Positions 1-10,100 of a stretch of DNA of 64,000 bases are shown here, in pieces (the stretch's first letter is position 1; every line of letters starts with the position of its first letter). Both the position numbers and the translations under genes were made by a program. Source of the DNA: Thermogemmatispora sp. (GTDB lineage: Bacteria; Chloroflexota; Ktedonobacteria; Ktedonobacterales; Ktedonobacteraceae); contig NZ_JADGIA010000003.1 in assembly GCF_019683635.1 (NCBI RefSeq), positions 19,323 through 83,322 on the forward strand, in the 5' to 3' direction. The notes under the pieces are model-generated. The model ran no database searches. It was given only the letters and a program-made list of their open reading frames with translations, and was not told where the DNA came from.

Positions 1-771
1 GGCGTTGACCTGCATGAGGCCCTCGTGATGGTCGACGTCGGCGATATCCAGGTCATTCCCGCTCACATCGAAAAAAGCTTTGATCAGATCACCTCCGCCA
101 TCAGTTACATTGCCGAACGCGGAGCTTTTCCGGTTGTCCTCGGCGGCGATCATTCCATCGGCTACGCTACCCTCCGCGGAGTCGCGCCGCACGTCGAGGG
201 CAGACTGGGCGTGATCCACTTCGATCGGCACAGCGACTTGAGCGAGCGAACCTATGACGAGCGCATGCATGCCTCGCCTTTCTTTCACGCCACCACGCTG
301 CCGAATGTTCCCCCGACCAACCTGGTGCAGATCGGTATCGGCGGCTGGACCGGTTCTAAGAAGGGAATGCGCCTGGCTCATGAGCGGCAGGTAACCGTGA
401 TCATGCTCGATGACATTGATCGCTACGGCATCGAGCGCGTGATGGAGTACGCTCTAGAGGTAGCCTGGAAGGGGGCAAGGGCGGTTTGGCTTTCCTTTGA
501 TATTGATGTGGTGGACCCGGCCTTTGCCCCGGGCACGGGGACGCCCGAGCCAGGGGGATTACTACCACGTGAGGTCTTCAGAATGGTACGTCTGGCGGCA
601 CGTGAAGGTCTACGGGGCATGGAGCTGGTGGAGGTCGCCCCACCCTATGATGTGGCCGATCTGACAGCTCTGCTTGCTGGACGGATCATCATGGAGGTGC
701 TGGGAACTTTAGTGACACAGGGCAAACTGGGGCATCGCAGCGGGGCGAGCGGTGCGGAAGAGCGCCGCTAG
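1..771 (+). CDS. Ureohydrolase (agmatinase/arginase family), 5'-truncated by the window edge
   Basis: Metal-binding motifs GGDHS, HFDRHSD and SFDIDVVDPAFAPGTGTPEPGG. The frame is open from base 1 (GVDLHEALVMVDVGD...). Confidence 0.9.
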   Translation, partial: GVDLHEALVMVDVGDIQVIPAHIEKSFDQITSAISYIAERGAFPVVLGGDHSIGYATLRGVAPHVEGRLGVIHFDRHSDLSERTYDERMHASPFFHATTLPNVPPTNLVQIGIGGWTGSKKGMRLAHERQVTVIMLDDIDRYGIERVMEYALEVAWKGARAVWLSFDIDVVDPAFAPGTGTPEPGGLLPREVFRMVRLAAREGLRGMELVEVAPPYDVADLTALLAGRIIMEVLGTLVTQGKLGHRSGASGAEERR

Positions 772-1017
772 CTCTGTCTGTTGCCGACACAGGTATTCTA
801 TTATCAGAGGAGCAGCGCTCGATAAAGAGGGGAATGGCCTGCAGCGCTCCCACCTCCAGAAGCATGGCCATTTATGGCTAATTGCCCCGGAGAGCTTGAG
901 AAGAGCCAGCGACCCAACTGGCTGATTGCCGCGGCTGGCTTTTTATTTATGCTGAAAGCCTTGTGTTGTCGATAAAGCCTTTTTTAGCACTCTGAAAGAG
1001 AGAAAGAAAACATTCTC

Positions 1018-1046
1018 TTGACAGAAGGTGATGGTTTCCTTACACT
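1018..1046 (+). promoter_or_regulatory. Sigma70-type promoter upstream of the multicopper oxidase
   Basis: TTGACA (1018-1023), 17-nt spacer, TACACT (1041-1046). Confidence 0.6.
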
Positions 1047-1543
1047 ATCGATGGACGATAGGATTCTCCATTGAGATGCTGGTGATATCTAGCTTAATAG
1101 AAAGAGGGTGTGAGCTTTCTTGAAAAGAGGTTCTGATTGACCTGCCTGCAGGGCATTGATGCCCTCCATCTACAATGGATAGTCAACGCATCTATTGTGC
1201 AATCCCCGCTTCAAAGCCTGGCCTTGCGCGAAAGGATTTCGCGGGAGCATCCCCATGAGAACAGAGGAGACAAGCAACGGACGCTTATTCACAATGGCGC
1301 AGGCTTCTTCTCGCGCCGCGGCAACTGCCCTGCCCTGGTGACGGTGGCTCTGCCGCTCCTCACAGCGTTCGCCTCAGCATCAGTATGCCTTTAGTGCTGC
1401 TCGGTCCCCTCTCCTTTGCGCAGATCAAGGGCTGCGGGCCAGCTCATTTGCTATCGGGCCTTGAGACTGCTCCTTAGTAGCTCGCGTCTTTTGCAAGGGC
1501 TTCATGGTATCGAAGGAGGACCCTTGGAAAGGAGCATCAGCAT

Positions 1544-3730
1544 ATGGCAACTCGCAGACAGTTACTCAAGGCTGGGGTCGCCCTGGGTCTTGGCAGCCTC
1601 TTCCCGCTCTCACTGTTTACGGCTTCGCGCGTCTCAGGCTCAGTTCAGACTGCTCAGACACCCTTACCGGGGGCCGAGATTCCACAGTTTGTTGAGCCGC
1701 TGCCCACCTTTAGCGGTTTCCGGGTCAACACCTCTCAGTTTCAGGTGCGCATGGTTGAATTTCAACAGCGCATTTTACCGGCCAGTCTCTATGCACGCCT
1801 CAGTCCGCCGTTCAATGCCGGTACCTATGTTTGGGGTTATCAGGTGGACGGGCGTCCGCCGCACTATCCTGGCTACACGGTTGAGGCAAAGCAGGGAGTG
1901 CCGACGGTGGTGACCTATGTCAACGCGCTGCCACTGCCGGCCCAAGCGCAGCTTTTGCCGCTTCTGACAGTGGATCAAACCATTCACTGGGCTGATCCAC
2001 TGGAGCAGATGGGGTCGACCGCGCCCTTTGTCGGGGCCTTTCCGACGGTGGTTCATCTCCACGGTGGTGAAGATCCGTCCGCCTTTGATGGCGCTCCCGA
2101 AGCCTGGTTTACCTCCGATGGACGGCACGGCAGAGGCTACTGCAGCTATGTGCCGACGGCTCCAAATGCCGCGGTTTATTGGTATCCGAATGGACAGCCG
2201 GCGACGACGCTCTGGTTCCACGATCACACGCTTGGCGTGACGCGTCTCACACTCTTCTCTGGACTGGCGGCCTTTTATCTGATCCGCGATGCCTATGATA
2301 CAGGGCAGCCGAACAATCCCCTTGGTCTACCGAGCGGCGCTCAGGAAATCGAGCTGATGATCCAGGATCGCCAGTTTGACACGCGCGGTCAGCTGCTCTT
2401 CCCCGACGGTACGCCGCCCGACAACCCGACTGGCCTCAATGGGCCGCCGCCCAATCCCTCGATTCATCCGTACTGGATTCCCGAGTTCTTTGGCGACGTC
2501 ATTGTTGTCAATGGGAAAGCCTGGCCCTATCTGAATGTAGAGCCACGGCGCTATCGGTTTCGCTTTGTGAATGCGGCCAATGCGCGCTTCTTCCAGATGC
2601 GGCTGATAGATGCCCTGAGCCAGGAGCCAGGGCCGATCTTCTGGCAGATTGGCACGGATGGAGGCCTGCTTGACAGGCCAGGCAAGCTCAATGACCCTCA
2701 AGATAGGGCCTCGCCGTCGCTCTTGCTGGCCCCGGCAGAGCGAGCCGATGTGATCATTGACTTTGCCCCCTATGCTGGTCGGACCTTGCTCTTAATCAAC
2801 AGCGCGCCTGCGCCCTTCCCTGACGGTGACCCGCCTGATCCGGCCACCAACGGGCGAATCATGCAGATTCGGGTCTCGCTGCCCCTGTCAGAGACGGACA
2901 GGACCTACAATCCGGCCAGCGGCCTGCCGCTGCGGGGAGGCATCAACCAGCCGCCTGCGCTGGTGCGCCTGGCCAATCCTCGAACGGGCATGCTGGCGGA
3001 GGGAGTGAAGCCTGCGATCAGACGGCAGCTGGTGCTTGTTGAGGTAGAAGGACCGGGCGGGCCTGTCGAGGTGCTGGTCAATAACACCAAGTGGAGCGGT
3101 ATGCGCGAGGGGAGCAGTCAGCCATTGCCTGGGTCTCAGCCCGACGGGCAGGGGCAGGGGATTTACCTGACCGAGTTGCCGCGTGTTGGGGCAACTGAGA
3201 TCTGGGAGGTCGTGAACCTCACTGAGGATGCTCATCCCATTCACATTCATCTTGTCCAGTTCCAGCTGCTCAATCGCCAGGCGTTGGATATCGAGGGCTA
3301 TCGAGCGCGTTACGACTCACTCTTTCCTGGGGGGACCTATAACGGTCTTCGGCCAGATGGTTCCTGGGGGCCGGTACAGTACCCACCGGGGGTCTTTATT
3401 CCGGGCTATGGTCCTCCATTGCCCTATAGCCGGCCAAACGCCAGGGGAGCGCTGGGTGGCAATCCCGATGTGACGCCGTATCTGCGTGGCCCGCTGCTGC
3501 CTCCTGACGCTGGTGAGGATGGCTGGAAAGACACCATCAAGATGTATCCCGGCCAGGTCACGCGCCTGGTCGTGCGCTGGGCGCCGATCACGACGCCAGT
3601 CAATGAGGTTAGCCCGGGCCAGAATCTCTATCCCTTTGATCCTACCCAGGGGCCAGGCTACGTCTGGCATTGTCACATCCTTGATCACGAGGATAACGAG
3701 ATGATGCGCCCGTATCTGCCAGTGCCCTAG
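1544..3730 (+). CDS. Tat-exported multicopper oxidase (CotA/bilirubin oxidase-like)
   Basis: Twin-arginine leader ATRRQLLK. Cu motifs HLHGG, WFHDH, HPIHIHL and WHCHILDHEDNEMM. RBS AAGGAG upstream. Confidence 0.92.
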   Translation: MATRRQLLKAGVALGLGSLFPLSLFTASRVSGSVQTAQTPLPGAEIPQFVEPLPTFSGFRVNTSQFQVRMVEFQQRILPASLYARLSPPFNAGTYVWGYQVDGRPPHYPGYTVEAKQGVPTVVTYVNALPLPAQAQLLPLLTVDQTIHWADPLEQMGSTAPFVGAFPTVVHLHGGEDPSAFDGAPEAWFTSDGRHGRGYCSYVPTAPNAAVYWYPNGQPATTLWFHDHTLGVTRLTLFSGLAAFYLIRDAYDTGQPNNPLGLPSGAQEIELMIQDRQFDTRGQLLFPDGTPPDNPTGLNGPPPNPSIHPYWIPEFFGDVIVVNGKAWPYLNVEPRRYRFRFVNAANARFFQMRLIDALSQEPGPIFWQIGTDGGLLDRPGKLNDPQDRASPSLLLAPAERADVIIDFAPYAGRTLLLINSAPAPFPDGDPPDPATNGRIMQIRVSLPLSETDRTYNPASGLPLRGGINQPPALVRLANPRTGMLAEGVKPAIRRQLVLVEVEGPGGPVEVLVNNTKWSGMREGSSQPLPGSQPDGQGQGIYLTELPRVGATEIWEVVNLTEDAHPIHIHLVQFQLLNRQALDIEGYRARYDSLFPGGTYNGLRPDGSWGPVQYPPGVFIPGYGPPLPYSRPNARGALGGNPDVTPYLRGPLLPPDAGEDGWKDTIKMYPGQVTRLVVRWAPITTPVNEVSPGQNLYPFDPTQGPGYVWHCHILDHEDNEMMRPYLPVP

Positions 3731-4074
3731 AAACTCTGCTGAGCTGGCATCGCCTGGTGTTCCTCCTTACACTCTTTGAATTCGGTGCCATGCTCTTCTG
3801 CATGAAGGGGTGGCGCGTCTACTCATTCGCCAGGAGCTAGCTGCGCCAGCGAGAGAAGGAAGGAGCGGGGGAATATCACTGAGGCAGTGAAGTGGGCGCA
3901 GTTCCCTCGCTCCTTCCCTACCAGGGCCAACAGTGCTCGTTGGGGAAAGGGAGAATATCTAGCCAGCGTTGCCAACGAGTTGGACCCTGATCCAGGGCCG
4001 GGCCGCGCTGCTGCCGATGATCAGCCACAGCCAGGCCCGGCCCTCCCTTTGTTCACTGGGCGGGGCCGGCCTGC

Positions 4075-6678
4075 TCAGGCAGTGATAGGAACATTCCAGT
4101 TCCCGCCGCCGTTGTTGTCCCAGTTATTCGCGTCGTCATGGAAGGCGAAATTGATCTGGGTGGCATCGGTCGGCACGCTGATCGTGACCTGCCAGAAGCC
4201 ATCGCTGCGCTTCACCAGGGCGGCATCGGGAGGAATGTTCTGCCAGCCGTTCTCGCCCCAGCGGATATAGACATGGGTATGTGAGGCCAGCCAGCCGTTA
4301 TAGTAGATTGTCAGTGCCTTGCCGGGATGGAGCTGATTGGGGTCATAGTCGACCACCCAGCCGCTATGAGGCTGGTAAGCGTTTGTCACATAGCGACTGT
4401 AGGTGATCGAAGGCATGTCCACCACGCGGTGATTGGCCTCAGAGAAAAGCAAGACGATATACTCGCCCATTGCCCAGTTGAGCGGGTTCATCGACTTCGT
4501 TGGGGTACCGGGTGTATAGCCGCTAGGGGCGGCCACATCCCAAATCTGTTCGGGGATCATGCCCGAGGCGTTGGCCGCGGCCATGAGCGCGCTCAGGTAG
4601 AGATCGGCGTCACCGCCGGCGGCGATGGTATAGATCCCGCGCTCAGCCGTTAGGACTGGCCACAGGCGTCCGATGCCCGTACCATTGTAGTTCGAACCAT
4701 CGCTATGCTCACCGTAGCCATCGTGGTTGTAGCGGAACCAGTAAGGGTAGCCATTGATCGTCTCCTTGATGGTGGCATCGATCACCGGCAAGGAGAGCGT
4801 AATATAGGGCGAGTTGGCCGGCATCACTCCCAGACGCACCAGCTCCAGGAAGCCGGCATCCACAATTGTCCGCTCATCGTAGGTGCCCCCGCCGTTGGCG
4901 ATCGTAATGGAGGCGCCATCATTGGGGTTACCATTGCCATCGATGCGCTCAAAGTAGTAGCCGCCCCCCAGTGGTCCAGTGGTCGTGAAGGTCCAGTTTT
5001 GGACCATGCCCTGATAATAATCGGCGGCATTGGTATAGCGCGTCTGATCGGTCGTATCTCCGTTGATACGGGCGATATCGGCGGCGCAGAGCAGACCGGC
5101 GATCTCTGCCGCGATTGTCGACGGGCTATAGCCGCTGTTCTCCTCCCAGCGCTCTTGGCCAGTGCGCGGGCCATTATTGACGATATAGTCGGCGGCCTTC
5201 TTGATGTGGTTCACAAACGTGCTGTTATCAGTCACGCCGAGCTTCCAGGCCAGGATGATCGGAAAAGCCTGCTCATCCATCTGGATGCCGTTCCAGTAGG
5301 GTGTTCCATTGACATAGCTATTCTGCGGGAAGTGTCCATCGGACTGCTGTTGAGTATTGAAAGCCCATTGCACGGCCCGCAGGGCGTCCGCGCTGTCGCC
5401 GGCCACAATCAGGGCGCTAGCGATCTTGTACATATCGCGCTCCCAGACCAGGTGATAGCCGGCGTCGCTATCGCCATTGCTGTCACCCCAGGGAACGCCC
5501 AGGCCGGCCACAAAGGCCCCTGTCTGCTTATCCTGCGAAGCCTTCAGCACATTCGCAGCCAGGTAGTACTCCTGCTGACGGGCCTGCTGGATCGCTGTCG
5601 TGCTGCCGACGGCTGGCGGGCTGGTGAGACTGTTATCGAAGCTATTCCACTGGGTGACATAGGTCGCCAGCATGTTCGAGGTATCGCTCAAGGTGGCATT
5701 GAGCGTCTGCTCAGCGACCGTAGCAGCGGAGGTACTGCCGCTGGTCTGACCGAAGGAGAGGACGAGATTAAAGGTGATCGAGGTGGCGGTACTCGTATTG
5801 ACGCTGCCGCCGTTGGAGAGATCGAGCAGGCCTGTCTGGGCCGTATTGCCATTGCTGGCCAGGCTATACGTATAGCTCATCGTATAGTCTGGGCAGGTGC
5901 TGCTGCCGCAGTTACTAGAGGCCTTCAGGTCGGTCCAGCCATCGTTGACCCCGACAAAGCCTGAGCTGGTCATGCCGGAGACATAGGGGATCGAGGCCGC
6001 CAGGGCACTGGCATAGTTACCTGAGCTATCGGTTGTCACCAGCATTGTGCGACCGTTGTAAGTCTGGGTCGAGCTGGTATTGTTGTTGCCGGCATTGTGA
6101 ATGGCCGGGTTATAAAGGACATAGAGCAGGTAATTCGAGAGGGTGCCACTGAGGGCGGTAAACGTCACCTGCTGAATCAGCGAATTGCGAGCAGGATCGG
6201 TGTAGATGATCTTCGTGATGCGGTAGCGTCCGTTGTTGGCGGTGTTCGTCACCTGCCAGGCCAGCGAGTGGGCATTGTAGAGCTGGACAGTGGAGGTGGT
6301 GGCGACCTTCTCCTCGTCGACCCAGGTATGGCCGCTGTCGCCGATCAGGAACTGCAAATCGGTGGTGTTGGCCGTATCGGCAGTAGGGAAGAAGACCTCG
6401 CTGATGATGCCGTTGTAGCCGGTGAACCAGACATCGCTAGTAGTGTTGGCAGCGGTGCCAAGGAAAGCCTTGTTCGAGGGCGCCCAGATAGAGGAGTAGC
6501 CTGGGCCGTTGGGCGCCGTACCTGCCGCTCTCGCCTGATGGGAACCGCTAGAAAGAAGCAGCGCACAGACAAGCAGGAACGCCAGCAGGCCAGAGCGCCC
6601 GAGGCGGAAGAACCAGGCACAGGCAGCGTGCCAGTGCACAGAGTCGGGTGGTGCTGCATCATGCGTATTGCTGCCCAT
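4075..6678 (-). CDS. Secreted GH15 glucoamylase/glucodextranase with C-terminal starch-binding module (CBM25-like)
   Basis: Signal-like N-terminus and glucodextranase N-domain (VWFTGYNGIISEVFFP). GH15 motifs YHLVWERD and RWEE. C-terminal VYIRWGENGW...FAFHDDANNWDNNGGGNW. Confidence 0.88.
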   Translation of the reverse strand: MGSNTHDAAPPDSVHWHAACAWFFRLGRSGLLAFLLVCALLLSSGSHQARAAGTAPNGPGYSSIWAPSNKAFLGTAANTTSDVWFTGYNGIISEVFFPTADTANTTDLQFLIGDSGHTWVDEEKVATTSTVQLYNAHSLAWQVTNTANNGRYRITKIIYTDPARNSLIQQVTFTALSGTLSNYLLYVLYNPAIHNAGNNNTSSTQTYNGRTMLVTTDSSGNYASALAASIPYVSGMTSSGFVGVNDGWTDLKASSNCGSSTCPDYTMSYTYSLASNGNTAQTGLLDLSNGGSVNTSTATSITFNLVLSFGQTSGSTSAATVAEQTLNATLSDTSNMLATYVTQWNSFDNSLTSPPAVGSTTAIQQARQQEYYLAANVLKASQDKQTGAFVAGLGVPWGDSNGDSDAGYHLVWERDMYKIASALIVAGDSADALRAVQWAFNTQQQSDGHFPQNSYVNGTPYWNGIQMDEQAFPIILAWKLGVTDNSTFVNHIKKAADYIVNNGPRTGQERWEENSGYSPSTIAAEIAGLLCAADIARINGDTTDQTRYTNAADYYQGMVQNWTFTTTGPLGGGYYFERIDGNGNPNDGASITIANGGGTYDERTIVDAGFLELVRLGVMPANSPYITLSLPVIDATIKETINGYPYWFRYNHDGYGEHSDGSNYNGTGIGRLWPVLTAERGIYTIAAGGDADLYLSALMAAANASGMIPEQIWDVAAPSGYTPGTPTKSMNPLNWAMGEYIVLLFSEANHRVVDMPSITYSRYVTNAYQPHSGWVVDYDPNQLHPGKALTIYYNGWLASHTHVYIRWGENGWQNIPPDAALVKRSDGFWQVTISVPTDATQINFAFHDDANNWDNNGGGNWNVPITA

Positions 6679-6963
6679 GGAGTCTCTCCTTTGTTCTGTT
6701 CGGCTTTGACTGATCGGTCAAATGGTCATCTGTGACTCACATTGATCGAAGAAGCAGCTTCCAGGTCCATCCTGGACCGGAAGTCAGGGCAGGCACTCTT
6801 TTCCTGCCCTGGCTGACACTCTTCAATTGAAGCAATAATCATGCCAAATTTCTGTGTGACACACTTCGACCCGGGAAAGACCCGCTGAAACCGTGAGAAA
6901 GCCTGGAAAGAGCTGACCGTGCGAGATCCTCTCAAGGTGATTATCTTCTGTGAGCTGGATCAC

Positions 6964-6992
6964 TTGACAATAGCAAGCAAGAGGAGTAACCT
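6964..6992 (+). promoter_or_regulatory. Sigma70-type promoter for the kinase-STAND receptor gene
   Basis: TTGACA (6964-6969), 17-nt spacer, TAACCT (6987-6992). Confidence 0.55.
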
Positions 6993-7104
6993 TCTCTTGC
7001 AGGCTCATGTGCTGAACATATCAGACACAATGAGCGTGCGAAGGGGATCTTTCACTCTTGACTGATCATTGGGGCCTACCTGGAAACAATGGAGGAGCCT
7101 GGCG

Positions 7105-10100
7105 ATGATGCGTCAGGGCCAGCGACTTGGCAATTACCACCTGATTCGCCTGCTAGGCAGCGGATCATATGGGGCGGTCTATCTGGCCGAGCATCTCTAC
7201 TTGAAAACTCAGGTTGCGATCAAAGTTCTCACGCAGCTTCTGAAAGAAGAAGATGAGCAGGCTTTTTTGCACGAAGCCCAGATTCTAGCCCGCTTGCGCC
7301 ACGAACACATCGTGCCTGTGCATGAGTTTGCCATCGAGCGTGGTCTGCCCTATCTTGTCATGGAGTACCTGCCGGAAGGGACCCTACTCGACAGGCATCC
7401 GCGCGGTACGCGTCTTCCTCTTCCTACCGTCGTCAGCTACGTTTACCAGCTGGCAGGCGCTTTGCAATATGCCCACGATCGGAATATTGTTCATCGGGAT
7501 GTCAAGCCGGCGAACGTCCTGCTTGGGAGCAAAGGGCTGCTCTTAAGCGATTTCGGGATTGCTCTGCCGCTGTTAAGGAAAGAAGGGGTTGGCGAGTCGG
7601 CACCAGTTGGTACGCTGCCCTATATGGCTCCCGAGCAATTCCGCGGGCGGCCAAGCTTTGCCAGTGATCAGTATGCCCTGGCCATCATGGCCTATGAGCT
7701 GCTGTGTGGCGCGCGACCTTTCCAGGGTGGGGCTGCTGACTTGATGAACCAGCACCTCACCAAAGAGCCACCAGCGCTGCGTGAGCATGATCCTGCACTG
7801 CCGGAGTCAGTCGACCGTGTCATTCGCCGTGCCCTCGCCAAAAAAGCGGAGGACCGCTATCCGGCCATCATCCTCTTCGCCCGCGCCCTGGGGAAGGCTG
7901 TCAGTGAGGCGATGTCGAGGGAGGAGATCGACAAAAGCCTGACCTGGCGACCGTTAGAGGTACGGTCTCGTTCACGGGCTGGCGACGCTCAACACAGTTG
8001 GAGCGTGATTCTGGCCATCCAAGATGAGCAGTCTCCCATTGGCCAGCGCCTTCAGCAAGAGCTGCAGGAGCGTGGTCTGACCGTGATCATGGCGCAGCGC
8101 TATGAGCAAGCTGATGAGCTGAAGCTCCGACAGGTGATGCGTGCAGCTCAGCTCGTGCTGGTAGGACTTACGGCCCAGGATCAGGCCCTGCCTGTTTCTG
8201 AGCAGCTTCTGCAGATGGCCCACCTCTATCAGCGTCCAGTGCGCTATCTCCTGGTAGGCGCAGCGCCCCCGGCTGGGAGCACCTGGCCGCTGGCAGAGAT
8301 GGTGCCGCCGGCCCTCCTCAGCGATGGAAGCGGTGCCCGCTATCGACAAGCCCTGGATGAGATTATACAGCAGATTGAAGATGGACAGTGGGGAAGGCAG
8401 CGTCAGAAGCAAGCCATAGTTACGCTGGAAGAGGAAGGGAAGGCGCGCAATCCCTACAAGGGGCTGCGAGCCTTTACTCAGGAGGACCAGGGTGATTTCT
8501 TTGGACGAGAGCGGCTCGTGCAGGAGCTACTCGCGCGGCTCGCCACTCTGCTGGGCCAGGACCCGGCTCAGTCCTCCTCTGCGCGCCTGCTGGCTCTCAT
8601 CGGAGGCATCGGTGTTGGCAAATCGAGCCTTCTCATGGCTGGCCTGCTCCCCCGGCTGCAAGCTGGGGCGCTACCAGGTAGTGAGAACTGGCGCTATCTC
8701 TCCGCCTTCAGGCCAGCCTATCGGCCACTAGAGGCGCTCGCGGAGGTGCTGGCCGCCGGCGGCAACCAGCAAGAGAAGGAAACTATTCACACGGCCCTTG
8801 TCCAGGGAGATAGCGCCGCCCTGCACCGATTGGCCCTCACCCTGGCCCCTGATCATTCCTATCTTGTCCTGGTAATTGACCAGTTCGAAGAACTGTTCAC
8901 TCCCGAAGTAGCCGAAGCTGAGCGGAGGCGCTTCATCGATCTGATCGCCACCGCGGTCTCTATCCCTCATGGTAAGCTGCTCCTCCTCCTCACACTGCGC
9001 GCTGATTGTTACGATCGGCCTCTAGCCTACCCGTCCCTGGCGCAGCTCTTGCAGGGACCAGCGCATTGTCCGATAGGGCCTATGACCCTTGATGAACTGC
9101 GGGCCGTCATCGAACAGCCAGCCCTGCTGCCCGATGTCCAGCTGGTCTTCGATGAAGATCTGGTGGCCGACTTGCTCCTGGATATCCGTGACCAGCCCGG
9201 TGCTCTGCCTCTGCTGGAATTCACCCTGGACCAGCTCTTTCAGCAGCGGCGCGGTAGCCGTCTCACGCGGCGCGCTTACGAGGCCATTGGAGGAGTACGT
9301 GGCGCCCTGGCCCGCCACGCCGAGACCACTTACGCTTCTCTCCCCTCAGATCGCCATCGCTTCCTGGCGCGCCAGCTCTTCCTGCGCTTGGTGCAGCCAG
9401 GACGAGAGGGTCAGGCTCCCATGCGCCGCCAGGCGCGCCAGAGTGAGTTGGCGCTCCCAGATGAGCAGGAGACTCGTCTGATGCAGGAGACGTACGAGGC
9501 CTTTGTGGCCGCGCGCTTACTGACGGTCGAGCGCCGGGCGGGGGAGGTGATGTTAGAGGTCAGTCATGAGGCTCTGCTGCAGGAATGGCCACAGCTGGTG
9601 GACTGGGTGCGTCAGGCCGGCGAAGATCTTCCTCTGCAACAGAGGGTGAGCGCTGATGTGCAGGAATGGTGGCGGCGCGGCAAGCCGCGGGACCGCCTCT
9701 ACCGCGGTTCGCAGCTCAAAGATGCCTTGCGCTGGCAAGAGCGTGCCTCGCTGAGTCTCCAGGAAGCGATGTTTCTGCGCGCCAGTCGGAGAGCCAGAAC
9801 ACTGGCGCGGGTCAGGCTAGCGCTGGTCGTTCTTCTCATCCTGGGCCTGCTCATTCCTGCTAGCTGGCTGCTCTATCAGCAGGTAGCGCCACTGCAGGTG
9901 ACCTCGCTCCAGGACGACGGACCAGGCTCGCTGCGACAGGTCATTGCTGAAGCGAAGCCTGGCCAGACCATTAGCGTGCGGCCTGGCCTGACCGGTGTTC
10001 TCTCTCTCACGCACAATCTCGATATCGGCAAGAGCCTCACCATTCGGGGGCCAGGAGCTGCCAAACTCACGATTAGCGGCCAGCCGGGCCTCGAAGCCAG

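Noticed and set aside
780-960. SAH-riboswitch-like GGAGCGCTGC on the - strand
   Set aside because: The partner pseudoknot element is missing and it faces no relevant gene; the nearby hairpin plus T-run is more simply a terminator.
4705-5964. 419-aa + strand ORF
   Set aside because: Antisense shadow of the GH15 gene; no motifs. Typical of high-GC sequence.
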